Assembly (NCBI GenBank): GCA_038496445.1
Contig: JALMLS010000186.1
Coordinates: 102,882-166,881 of the forward strand
DNA length: 64,000 nucleotides
DNA from: Trichosphaerium sp. ATCC 40318
Lineage: Eukaryota > Protista > Tubulinea
Direction: 5' to 3'
The notes below the pieces were generated by a model. That model ran no database searches and was not told where the DNA came from. It saw nothing but the letters and a program-made list of their open reading frames with translations. Shown here piece after piece: positions 51,996 to 64,000 of this stretch. The translations under genes and the position numbers were made by a program. Numbering within the stretch: position 1 is the first letter of the stretch; each line of letters starts with the position of its first letter.

Positions 51996-54887
51996 ATGAT
52001 ACGTGTACTGTTTTGTATCCTACTGACACTCCCGTTGTTGGTGTTTGTACGTAACAAAGTGTATTTTTACTTTAACACATCAAAGACCGACTTTGGTACG
52101 CTCAGGAAGATGAAACTAAAAGAATTAGACGATGCAGCTGACGGTTGGTTACAAATGCTACCAAAGCATCACAAACTAATGCCCACGCTTAGGAGAGTTA
52201 CGCTTTGAAAGCTGGGTACAAAAACATGGTGTGGGAATTCACGGAGTCTCTTTTCCACGTTATCCTCAGCCACGAGTCGTAGCCACACAGCACCTTGATG
52301 TACTCACACAGCATTTTAATTAAAACAATTTTTAAAAGAAGCTGACAAGGCAACAGGCACTAACTAAGATCCTCACCGTACCTTTAAGTGCGACAATAAC
52401 AGAGCTAACAGCAAGAAATCATGCCGTATTGGGACCTATACTTGCCGAGTACGAAAACAGTATTCAAGGTGCGCATTCGTTCTAAAACACAAACGTACAG
52501 CTGCACAAGCATTGTTTGCCAGCAGCTACCCCTTTTTAAAAACAAAGCAAAAAAGTACTTAGCGAAGAATGGTTTCGATCCATTGACCTTTGGGTTATGG
52601 GCCCAACACGCTCCCTGCTGCGCCACTTCGCTTTGAATGTGATAATTGGAACGAAAAAAATGTAGTCTTTCAAAATAGAAAGTTTGACCTTCGTGGACCT
52701 TAAACTCACTCTGTATTAGGACGTTCAGCACTTGCAGTTCTTTTGATGTATGAAAAGAATAACTACGATAATTCAGAATGGAAATTATACCTTGATATGT
52801 TCCCTAAAGAGCTTAACACGCCAATGTTTTGGAAAAAGTCTCAAAGAGATGAAATAACTGGAACTTGGCTACTAGATAGAGTAAACGCAGATTTAGGTAT
52901 GTTTAGTACTACCACGTGACATTACAGCTAAATTTGGTTCTTGTAACTTCACTATTCTTATAATTTTCCTGCTTTTCTATCTAACTTCATAATAGATGCT
53001 ATCATCGCTGACTATGACAGAGTATTCACAAAATCTTTGACTAAGGTACCTCGCATTTTAAAACTAAATATCGAACTCAATACAAGAGATGTCCTGCCCG
53101 TTTTTCTCAACGTAGAACTTAGGGTTACCCGAATATATTTCCTTCAAAAGAGTATTCGCTGTCTTCTTACTTGTGGGCTTGGGGTATAATATTTGATTAT
53201 ACAGTACGTATTGAGGATGAAACAAGTGATTACAGCGGTTTGATGCCAGTATCTCACTTATTTGAGCATCACTCAAAACATCAAGTGCGTGAACTTTTTT
53301 ATCGAACAAAAAAAAACTATGTCAAAAAACAACTTAAAAGAAAGTTGTTCTTGTCAGCTCAATGGCGACCAGAGCAATGTCATTCATACCAGTATGATTT
53401 AAACTTTTTTTTGGTATATTATCTATTGCACTAGTACTCAGTACCCGAGTCAGCTTCAAGCTTAAGCAATTATTAAACCAAAATTTTAATGCTTGTTTTG
53501 TTTACTTACTCTTTTTTAGACACTCTTTAGCATTGAAGGTGATAATATAATCATCAAAGTAGGTGATACATATGACGAAAATGATAAGGTACTTTGAAGT
53601 ATATTCTATATATCGCACTGTTATAATCACGCGCAGACATATTCGTGAAATTTTTCTTAACTTTTTTTCGTTCCTACTAGGTTTTCAGAAGTTATTACAC
53701 TGATGCACCAAATACCGATTTATTAAGAAAGCATGGAATTGTTCAAAAAGATAATGAAAATCATATTTTCCCTCTTAATCTTAATTTTAAAGATAATGAA
53801 CCTTACTTGAATACAAAGAAAAAATGGATGGCACTTCATGATATACCAATGTACGAACCTCTTAAACTTTTTACCTCTTTGTTTTTTTTTCCACGTGGTT
53901 TACATGCTCCGCAGAAATAACTAGTGTCCTTGTGTGGCGCTATTTATAAATCGTTTTCATCTCTTCAAATTGCGTATTTTGATACCATGATAACTAAAGT
54001 ACTCTCAAACAACTTTTGTGAGTACTTTTTTCAAAACAAGTTTTTTTTTGACAACATCTTTAACACTTCATAACTACCATAACGTTACAAATTGTCTGGT
54101 TTTCTATTGTTATTGAGTTATCTTATAATTTATGTATACGCTCTTTAAACCTATTTCCTTTACATTGTGTTTTATGATTGTTACTAACTCTCTTTTTTTT
54201 CCAAGACCAAACTACCCTTACAGTGAGCGTGAATACTTTCTTTCATCAAAAGGAGCATCTGGGAGTGTACCTGCTTTTCTAAGAGTTAAGCACTATAAGA
54301 TAAGACCAAATGATGTTGGATTTCCAGAAAAGCTACCTAACCCGCATGAAGACCAAACTGGTATTTTGAATCAACACTTACTCTTTTCTTCTTTTTTTCT
54401 TACAGTTTTTTTTTTTGCAGAGGACAATAAAGATGTTGAACGTCAAGTTGTATTTGAACTAGCTGATATTATGAAAAAAAATATGGCCGCATATCCAACA
54501 ACATTAGAGGTACAAACATGATATTAGCATACAAAAAAAACAAAAAAAAAACGTCTTTGTGTTGATTTCGTTCGTTTCTCACTCAAGAGACTGCTTTATC
54601 TGTATTGTTTTTTAATGTGCTTACATACTGTAGGAAGATTTAGAATTATTAAAGCGAGATGACTTACCTGAACGTCAATATTTAGCTGTAGTTGCTAGAC
54701 TTTCTGAAAAGGTAAAAATGGTTTTTTCATCGAATTTTTATATTTTATCACCATTCGCTAAGCCGAGCTAAAATTAATATAGCTTGCTTTGAAATCTGCT
54801 CAAAAAGAAGTAAATGTCCGTAAAGTAAAAGAAGGCGAACAATTTTCGTTCTTTGCAGACGATGATGATGAAAAAGTAGAAATGTAA
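51996..54887 (+). CDS. SET-domain (Rubisco-LSMT/SETD3-like) protein with signal peptide and divergent catalytic motifs
   Basis: SEWKLYLDMFPKELNTPMFW, LWAWG, LMPVSHLFEH, PNTDLLRKHGIV and YPTTLEEDLELL. Ends DDDDEKVEM*. Confidence 0.75.
52560..52632 (-). tRNA. tRNA-iMet: Initiator tRNA-Met (CAT)
   Basis: AGCGAAG acceptor stem with A1-U72, TTGGG-CCCATAA-CCCAA anticodon arm with 3 G-C pairs, eukaryotic initiator T-loop GATCGAAA and a downstream T6 terminator. Confidence 0.97.
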
Positions 54888-55255
54888 AAAACAACTAATT
54901 ATATAAACAAAAGCTGCTTTGTGCTCTTCATTGTTCATCCTCTGCCCCCTTCTGTTGTTTACAATCCCACATGTATAACGATCAGAGATTATAGAAATCC
55001 TACTGTAGTTGGTCTTGCAACTACATTCTGAAGTTTCTAAATAGACTCACTTCTGTCAAAAGAAAAACATTTGGCAGGCCATCATTACCTAAAAATACAA
55101 AAGAAATAGTCATACAAGAGTGTAAGTACAAGTTTTGTGCTTTTTTTATTTACAAAGGATTATTTGACAATATGTGGCAATTAGGAGAGTGCAGTAAAAG
55201 TTCGAAAGAAAACCTCTCCCAAGAAGGGTTGGTAAAGCTGAGTTAGTTTTTTTTC

Positions 55256-58200
55256 TCACTTTGGTTTTAGTGCACTCTCAACAAGAAACGTTAAAGGATT
55301 TCCCTTCTTAGTTGTAGGATTAATAGGTCTTGTGATTACATGTGATCCATTCATAGGCAATCCATTATTCATAGGTAGACCACCCATAGGACGAGTCTAA
55401 ATGAAACAACTGTTAGAAAAAAAATTCACCAAAAAAAAACCAAAAGAACAACAGTTCTATTCAACCTTCCCTCAGCCTCACCTCATACAAATACCTTCTA
55501 TTTTATGAGATAGTATTATAAGAGGGTTGAAAGTAAGAATTTGAGTGAATAGAACTGTAAGTCATCGATCTATTTACCACGTGCTGATAATTTAATGAAA
55601 AAAAACCACAGATGTGGTGACCAATAAAAAAACAAAGCGAATAACTCTTTTGCACAGCACGTTCTGTTTTTGTAACTGTTGAATATTAAAAGTACTGTAC
55701 CTGATGCGCCGGAAAAGACTTAAAAATTGGCGTAGAGATAGGTCCCAAGGTATTAATATGTGTACGTCCAGTATGTCGCATGTGTCCCATATTACGAACA
55801 TTCCCAACATTCCCCACATTCCCCATAGTTCCCATACGTCCAAGGGTTGGTGGTATAGCTACAGGTGGTAGTATAGGTTTTGCTGGAGGTCTAACAACTT
55901 GACGTTCTTGGCTGCAAAGATTAACCAAATCCATAAAACCTACGAAACTGTAAGAAAGCAGAAAACAAAGAGAATAAAGTCGTACTGCTTGATCGTGGTG
56001 GTTCAGGTGGATTAGGTTTACGTGTTTGTTGGTGTTGGTTTTGGAGGTGCTGTTGAAGGTGTTGTGGGTGCTGTGGAGGTGTTTGCATCATTGGTGGAGG
56101 TTGTATCCGTGGAGCAGGAGGAACGCGAGGAACATGATTTGTCCATCCACCATGAGCTCCATTGTGATGATGCTGTGTTGTTATTGAATGACTGAATCCT
56201 AGAGTCCCTAAACGAAAACACAAGGTAAGAAAAAGGCAACCACCATACCAAAAAAAAAAAAAAAAAGAAACAAGAAAAAAAAACAAGAAGAAAAATAGAT
56301 TCTAACCTGACACTAATAAGGGGTTTACCGCAACTACAGGATTGAGTCTTCCCATACCAGATAAAGCATGACCTCCTTGACCAGGAGGAACATACTCATC
56401 ATCTGAATGAGTGTCCTTTTCTTCTTTTTTAGGCCTCCCTGAACGTCAATTAACAACCAACACATAATCCTGAAAATGCTTGTAAAAAAAGTCTTACCTG
56501 GTCTCCGCCGTTTGTTCCTGGTTGATGCACGTGGTGCAATATTACGTTGAACATTTCGTGGGCTTCTTGTAGGTACACGAGACTTCCTATACGTACAAAA
56601 ATTAGGCCAAAAACTTACTTACAAATCAAACAAAACCAATCGGATGTTAAAACGGTTCGTTTTTTCAAAAAAAATATCCACGTGCATCTCATCAACTTCT
56701 ACATGATTCCCTCCTGGATTCAAAAGATCATCAACAGAATTCCTCCTAGACTTTCGAAGTGGTCTACCACGAGAAGAGTGTCCAACAGGCGTTGTAGCAT
56801 CGAACGAAGCTCGCGGTGGTATATAAGCAGTCTACAATAGTAATAAATACAAAAAGCTGTTCTACAAAGAGAATAACGCCTAAAATAATAAACTACTGGC
56901 ACCATGCGTACCAAGCCATCAGCGATATCTTTACGCGGTCTACCAGGTCCTCGGCGTTTTTGTACAGTGAAAGAAGGAACCTGAGATGCATGTAGAAGCA
57001 TTTCGTTTGTAGTCATAGACTCATCAAAAGAACGCTTTCTTGGTCGCCCTATTGACCAATGTAAGCTCGTTTAGACTTGTAACTACAAGAAAGTGTACCT
57101 GGTCCTCGTTTTCTTACTTGAACTGGAGCGTCTGTATTAACCTTTGGTTCGCTATTATTACGCGTAGCAGCACCTCTAGGATATTTTCTTGGTCGCCCTG
57201 GACCCTTTCTAAAGTAGTATGAGGTAACTGAGGTAAATACACTTTATAAAGGTATCGTACTTGACTACAACTACCTGTGGCCTGTCATCAGGACGAGGAT
57301 ATTTTCGTGGACGCCCTCGTCGCCTACAAGTATTCAATTAGCGGTTTTTTTTCTCGAGTAGTCAAACAAAGTAAGCCACAATTAAATAAGTACGAACCTC
57401 TTTGGTTGACTCAACTCTGGAACAGGTATTTCTTCCACAGGTGGGTTTTTAGGATATTTTCTTGGTCTACCTCTTCCACGCTTGAACGGAGGCGGTTCTT
57501 GAGCTAAACACATCGTGTAAGAACGTGCACGTGAATCATAGATTTTTACGTGAAAAAAAACCGAGCCGGCTTAAACACAAGCCAACTTAACACCTTTTTG
57601 ATCTGAAAAAATACAAAAATCGAGACGCACCCTCCTTCCCAGCTTTACGTTTTCGTCCTCCTTGTGGATCTTCTATAGTAATAGACTCATACGAAAAACA
57701 ACTACAACCTTCACAGTTTTTACGACCAATACCAAGGTGATTAGTTTCAATATGTAAACGTCTTTGTTTCCTTGCATCAAGTCCTTCAAACACCTCTTCA
57801 CAAGAATCATAAAGACAAGCCAGTTGTTCACCCTCTCTAGCATCAAATTTTGCTTTATGTTCTTTATCCACGTGATCACGTAACTCGAAAAGATCAAAAA
57901 AAGCACAAGAGCATTTTGGATAAACACACTTATAAGGTCTATTGTTTTTGAGCATATTAACGACTCTAGCTTCTGCCATGCAAAAAAGATAGTAACCAGG
58001 TGAACAATCTGCATTATGCCATGGTTCTCTGTGTATATATGTACGTGCTGTAGATGGTGGTTCCAATATAGCATTACAATGTTCTTGACACTCAGGACAT
58101 TCACCTTTAGGAAGTTTAGGTTCAAGCTTCTCAGGTTTTTTTGGTGCTACTTCTTCTTTATCATTCGCCTTACTATTTCCCTTAAAATTGTCCATTAGCA

Positions 58201-60447
58201 ATTGAAATCATACTTTATAGTGTAAATGAGTTCTAACAATTTGTACAGTCACCTCGAAGCGCCAGCAATGACACCAAAATGAAATAAAAAACCTATGACT
58301 TTCTAATATTTATTACCTGCGTTTCTTCATCGCTCTTAGGACCTTCACTCATCTCTTCCTTTTCCTTATAGGAATCAGACATACTACTCGCACTTTGTTT
58401 AGATGAGTAGTCAGATTCATATCCCTACAAAACAAAAAATCTAATGAACAACAGAGCGAAAACAGTTAACAAAAACAAAAGTGTTTTGTCTTTTAATCAA
58501 AAAAAAAATCATTAAAGAAGGATCACAGTGCAACCAATCTCAACAACCTATGACAGTACCCAAGCAAAGGGATAACATTTATAAATAAACTTACCGATGT
58601 AACGCTATTACTACTTGATCGAGTCCTTCTGCGACGTTTTGGTAAACCAAAACTATTCAACTTGCTACTCTTCAACAACCGTTTTTTTGCAGTCTCCTTA
58701 GCTTTTCTTGTAGTTGTCCTACGCCGCCAAATAGTATTTTTATTCTTCGCTCTAGATGCAGTCTCTACTTGCTTTTTTTTATCAACCGTAGACCCAGAAG
58801 AACGTAAAGATAACCTACGCCTACTTCCTATAATCTCATCTGATAGATCAACGTCCTCCAACGAAGAAAATTCCTGGCTTTCATCCTCTTCCTAATACCC
58901 AAAAAAAAACGCGTCAGAGAGACAAGGGACAAACCTAATGGTTGTTGCAAAACGCCAAATTAAATCAACTTGTGCCAAGCACACTAATTTACGCCAAAGC
59001 TGGTTGATCCAAGATAATACAATGTTGATAGATAATAATTCTTCGTACCGAACTTGATTCTTCTTCTTCTTCTGATGACTCATCCTCTGAAGATTCCACT
59101 GATTCTGAAGACGATGAAGACTCATACACAGGGTACTTTCTTGGTCTTCCTGGACCTCTCTTTTTTTTCACAGGTACCTTGAATTTAGTAAATTACATGC
59201 ATTTGAGCTCCCATAAAAAAATAATGATTCAACAAATCAATAAAAAAAATAAAGTCGAAGAAGCCATGTGATATATAAGTTTCCAAGAAGAAATTATGAA
59301 TATACACGTACAACTTTACTCTTTTTCTTTCTAGCAGCGATCATTTTTTTCAAAGCTCTAGTTAATATCTATTAGCAGTTGATCAAAAAAACGGAAAAAA
59401 AAATGGCTAAAAAAAAACCGTTTGATTTTAGGGACGGGTGCAAATCTTTTTTATAATTTTAGGAACATTTTATATCAACCCTATTATATTATATAAACGC
59501 AAATAAAAAGAATTTAATACCCAAAAAAAATTGGGCAGCCCAAAAAAAAAGCACAAAGTCTTTTTTTTTCACTTCGTTAACAAAAAAAATCCGAATCACT
59601 CCACTTGCCTACTACTACCTTTATCATTTCCATTTTTTCTCATAGCATGTGAACTACGTGTGGGAACCTATCACCGATTATTTACTTACACTATCACATG
59701 TACATATCACAAAAAATCAATTTTGTCAAAAAGGACAAAAAAACGCGGAATAAAAACAAACCCGAAGAAGAAAAAAAATACGTAGTTAGGTTTTTTTTGT
59801 TTCTTTTTTTTTGAGTTTACAAAAAACCGTAAATGCTTACCCGTTTCCAGTTCTTTTTTATATACTCATATGCTTCCTCTAGGGCCTCCTGGAACATTTT
59901 ATTTTTTTTCTTTGTAACAGTAAACTTTTGAAAGAACTCTTCCCATTTTTTTACTCTATCTTTAGGATCTACCCAAGCGCTACGATAGAAATAAGCGGTT
60001 TTAGAGTTTTTATCAAAAATCAAATAATTTAAAAAACATTTAAAGATAAGCACAAAACAATTCAGATGCTATTAAAATTGCTTCCACGCGACGCAATAAA
60101 TTACAACGAGTGCGTTTGTGGGTATTTTAGGAATTAGAATTTTTTTTGAGCAGCGTGAGTCTTAACTTACTAGTCGTGGCTTCCAAAAAAATATACGAGC
60201 ATTAGATCGTCGCTACCTTGTTTTTGGACATTTTCGCTCGCTTCGGTGACATCAGCTCTCTAAAAATTTGATCAGCGTTTAAAAACTTCAGAACAACACC
60301 ACGGCTATAGGAGTAAATACAGGGACGCTATGATGAATTCTCTGCGTATAAAAAGAGCTTTAAATCGTTAAAACGTACTCTGGCTGGCCAGTACGGATAC
60401 CCGATGACTTTAACCCAGCCAAGCTCTCCAAACTCCAACGCGTTCAT
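55256..60447 (-). CDS. PWWP + multiple AT-hook + C2H2 zinc-finger chromatin protein, multi-exon
   Basis: WVKVIGYPYWPAR...LVYFFGSHDY...AWV (PWWP), repeated GRPRKYP AT-hooks and CVYPKC...H...H / CLYDSC...H...H fingers. Confidence 0.85.
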
Positions 60448-60782
60448 TCCTTTACCATAGTCCGTTTGACAGGTAACGCCTTTTCTTTGTATTTCAGCCA
60501 AATGAACAAACAGAGCCAAGAGAGAAAGTGGGGAGTAACGTTAGGTGTTTTTGTGGTGCAAATGTGCGTGTGAGTAATGCGGAGGTGATTTTGCTTGACT
60601 CCCGTTTCTGAGAGTACGAGCGTGTTATTTCGAGTTGAGCGTTACGGAATCGTCTTTTATAGAGAATTACGTGTGACAGAGTCAATAACAAGATCAACAA
60701 AAGCAACAGAAAAATAAAAAGGTAAAGTCAGTGTTAGAACTAATTTGCTGAATTTATTCTATAGCGTTACAACTCTGACAGA

Positions 60783-62695
60783 ATGCTTGGAACTTCAATG
60801 GAAATATCAGATAACTCTGGGCGTGTATTAGACAATGATTTACTTGATAGATACGTTACATATTGTTTAAATAACCTTAACTGACTGTACGTACGTTATT
60901 ATTCTTGAACGTTGGCGAGGAGGAGCCAAGCGCACCTACAACATTTGGAGGACCACCACCACGCAATACGCCTTCATCTGCAATGAGTAATTTCATTTAT
61001 TGCGTCGATTGAATAACTTTATCGCTTAGAGCGCAAAAGAGGGCGTCCAGAAGAAAGCTCATCAATATCTGAAACAAAACAAGCTTGGGAGGTATGTTGT
61101 ACAATCTGACGGTTATAATACAATACAACTTTAATTAAAATAGACTATTATAGATGGCAGCAGTATCAGGAAAAGAATTCTGGAAGGATTTAAAGAAAAA
61201 GGCTCACGGGAAGAAGAAAAAACCAACAACTTCAGTACGCTTACTTAAATTCTCTTATTATGGCTTCCTTCGCCTAAATTACATCATTTTAATTTAATTA
61301 CACCGCTTCGTACAAACACATGTTTTAGGACTCCGTACCGCTTGATATAATTGTGGATGGATTAACAAAATATGACTTACAAGAGTATGCTAAAGGGCTA
61401 AAAACACTTTTACAACAAGGTAAGATATTGTGACCTTTTATAGAGTATCTTTTTAACCTGGTACATATATTACCAATCGTGTTATTTATAAATCAAGAAT
61501 AACGTCTCCGCCCACAATAATTTTTTTTTGGACAATTCTACAAAATCTCGAAAAGTCCAAAACGTACTTGTTGTACTATCGCTTTGCGTTTTTTTCGTTT
61601 AGATAAACGATTTGTTTTGTTTTCTTGCTAATAAAACTGTTTTTAAGCTACAAATCTAACAGGAAGTGAGCAAATCGTTCCAAGGGCAAGCTGGGATATA
61701 TTTTTGATGACTTTTGGATCAGATTTACGTGTAGCATGTCACAGGTTGGGTTATTTTGTTGCAAAAGGGTACGTTGTTGTTTTGATTAAGTGTGGAGGCA
61801 GCTAAGGCAGTTTTATGTCGTTTAATGTTTTCCTTTTTTCTGTTTTGTTTTTGGCGTCTTCTTTGGTGTTTTGACTTATATCCCTATGCCTTTATTCGTG
61901 CATACAGTTAAAAGTACTGCAGAATGCTGTTGTTCTTGTTTGTTTTTTTTCTTCTTTTTTCTTTTTTTTTCGTTTGCTGTACTTCTTATTCTTCTCTTGC
62001 TTTAGTTGGTTCTTTGGTATTGTTGAGAAGACAGAGATTGAAACTTTAATGGAAATGGAGGAACCTGGTACATTTCTTCTTCGTTTGAGCACGTCAAATT
62101 CAGGTATGAAAGAAAGAAGAGCTTATGTTGTTTATGTTGTGTGAATCTTCTTTATTTTTATTTTGTTTTTCACTTTTGTACACGGTTTTTGACTTATTTT
62201 GTTTGAAGGTTTTGCTATTTCACGAGTGAATAGTGAAGGTAAAATAAGGCATCATCACAATATAAGCTTTGTTGGAGACTCTGGTTATGAAATAAAATGG
62301 TACGTTACACATGAATTTTTTTTTGGAAAATCCTTTAGTACAACCATTCCGATCGGATTCTTGTTCTTCGCTCACATAAAATACCGGTTTTGTCTGTAGA
62401 GTAAAAACTAAGGTATTTATGTGGTCTGAGAGAACAAGAATTAGAACGATTTGAATGATTCTAACTGAGTAGTTTTATAAAGGAAATCCCGACAAAAAGA
62501 AAAATAAAAGATTCGCTTTGTTCAAATTTATTTTTTGGTGCTGTCTTGTACTCACGTGTTTTTTTTTTCAGGGCCGATAATGGTAATCATACTTATCGTG
62601 ATATGGATGCATTAATTAGTTCCTTAAAACATAAACTTAAATGGGCTGTAAAAGGATCACGGTTCATGCAATATCATCATGAATTATCTGATTAA
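60783..62695 (+). CDS. SH2-domain protein, multi-exon
   Basis: WFFGIVEKTEIETLM...PGTFLLRLSTSNSGFAISRV...IRHHHNI. Confidence 0.85.
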
Positions 62696-63084
62696 AATTT
62701 ATCACCTCACGCCAAAATAGAATAGTGTGATGGTTTCTTGTAAAAATAAAGACTACTTCAGAAGTAGTTAGTTGTTGTCGAATATTAAACTTAGCATGGT
62801 TGTGAAGCTGTGAAAGTGGTTTATGTTGCTTTCAGAGCCCGTGACAAGGTATTAGGTAAAAGATGTTTTTTTTTTAACCCTAAGATAAACTGGTGTTGTT
62901 TCTTACTTCTCAATACGCATGCTGCAAGTTCGTCTTCTTTCAACCTCTTGCCTAGTTGTTGAAGGCATAACAAAAAACAGATATTGTGTGGTCCAATCCA
63001 AGAAGAAATCCCACGTGATTACTTTAATTGACTTCTTAAGCTAGAACCCGAGTAACAACAAACAACCAAAGTAATAAGTGTAAA

Positions 63085-63648
63085 ATGGACCTTATCACAT
63101 TGCCAGTTGAAATAATCGTACATATTCTTCTCCGAGGAAGGTTTACGCTACGTTCAGCTCAAACATGCCACTTTCTACATGATATCGTCCACAAGCATGT
63201 AGGATATGGCAGTATTGAAGTATCAAGCATAGATGAATTAAAAATACTGTCTGGCAGTATGCTACTACAGAATACAGCTATTTCTTTATTTAAATTGAAA
63301 CGTGTAATAAACGACAGTCACTTGCGTTTACTTACAGGTGTACACACCATCAAGTTGATTTCCTGTAAACTGATAACAGACAATGGTATCTCGGCATTGG
63401 CTGGTGTGCATACAATAAACTTGTCATTTACAAATGTTACAGATGAAGGTTTGAAGGCTTTGGCTGGTGTACATACAATTAAGTTATCAGGTACTAAGAT
63501 AACAGATGAAGGTTTGAAGGTTTTAGTTGGTGTACATTGTATCAGATTAAGGCATTGCAAATTCATAACAATTGCTGGTATCAAGCTATTATCTGGAGTC
63601 CATACAGTTTACTGGGGTAAAGGAAGGGAACCACTAGCATTGACATAG
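63085..63648 (+). CDS. F-box + LRR protein (single exon, about 5 repeats)
   Basis: LITLPVEIIVHIL...SAQTCHFLHDIV followed by LAGVHTI repeats. Confidence 0.88.
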   Translation: MDLITLPVEIIVHILLRGRFTLRSAQTCHFLHDIVHKHVGYGSIEVSSIDELKILSGSMLLQNTAISLFKLKRVINDSHLRLLTGVHTIKLISCKLITDNGISALAGVHTINLSFTNVTDEGLKALAGVHTIKLSGTKITDEGLKVLVGVHCIRLRHCKFITIAGIKLLSGVHTVYWGKGREPLALT

Positions 63649-64000
63649 TGGTTATAGCTCAAACCATCTCTTAAAAATCAAGTTATAAATAAAAAAACAC
63701 TTTATCCTACACATTGCTTAGTGGGTGTAAAAGGTTGTACGGGCTGTTAATATTTAGGTAGAAACCTATTTAAATGTGTTTCTATTGGAAATGACGTGGT
63801 AGGACTAGTAGAATTAACAATCAACTAATTTGAGTATCACATTGGGACACATTTCAAACAGCAAAATGTCATTCATAAAATAATACGGATGGATACTTAC
63901 TGATCTTTCAGGCGCTATTGTACGCTATAACTAAGCCACATGTTATTGTAAAAAACCCAAGTACGAAGCTAGCCTGTTTTTACCTTAGTCGCTGATACAA

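Noticed and set aside
52405-52731. ORFs spanning the tRNA
   Set aside because: Chance ORFs across an exon, an intron and the tRNA.
55782-55840. Short tandem 9-nt repeats
   Set aside because: Low-complexity coding repeat (MGT/MGN/VGN) within the PWWP gene.
62874-62883. TAACCCTAA telomere-like motif
   Set aside because: Single unit, no array.

Overview
AT-rich, intron-dense eukaryotic DNA, most likely amoebozoan (inferred from an ABP34-like actin-bundling protein and an SHK-type SH2 protein). Most short ORFs in the track are exons or antisense artefacts. The multi-exon host genes encode a PA-domain multipass receptor, an ABP34-like protein, a ricin-B/GH3 glycosidase, three metzincin proteases, a C-type lectin, an arylsulfatase, an SLC25A43-like carrier, ENOPH1, a secreted SET-like protein, a PWWP/AT-hook protein and an SH2 protein. 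They are interrupted by recurring islands of two F-box + repeat families: five F-box-like/MORN genes and four F-box/LRR genes, plus a decayed copy of each. These usually sit as adjacent, oppositely oriented pairs, with constant repeat frameworks and highly variable surface positions. This candidate diversifying SCF substrate-receptor repertoire is the main hypothesis. Other notable items are TTAA-targeting Kolobok-like MITEs (one inside an exon), an intronless gene with a DMP19/DUF4375-like motif, a tandem structured-RNA-like motif, strong CACGTG enrichment, an apparent GA-AG intron and an intronic initiator tRNA. Gene models were spliced by eye and no database searches were run.
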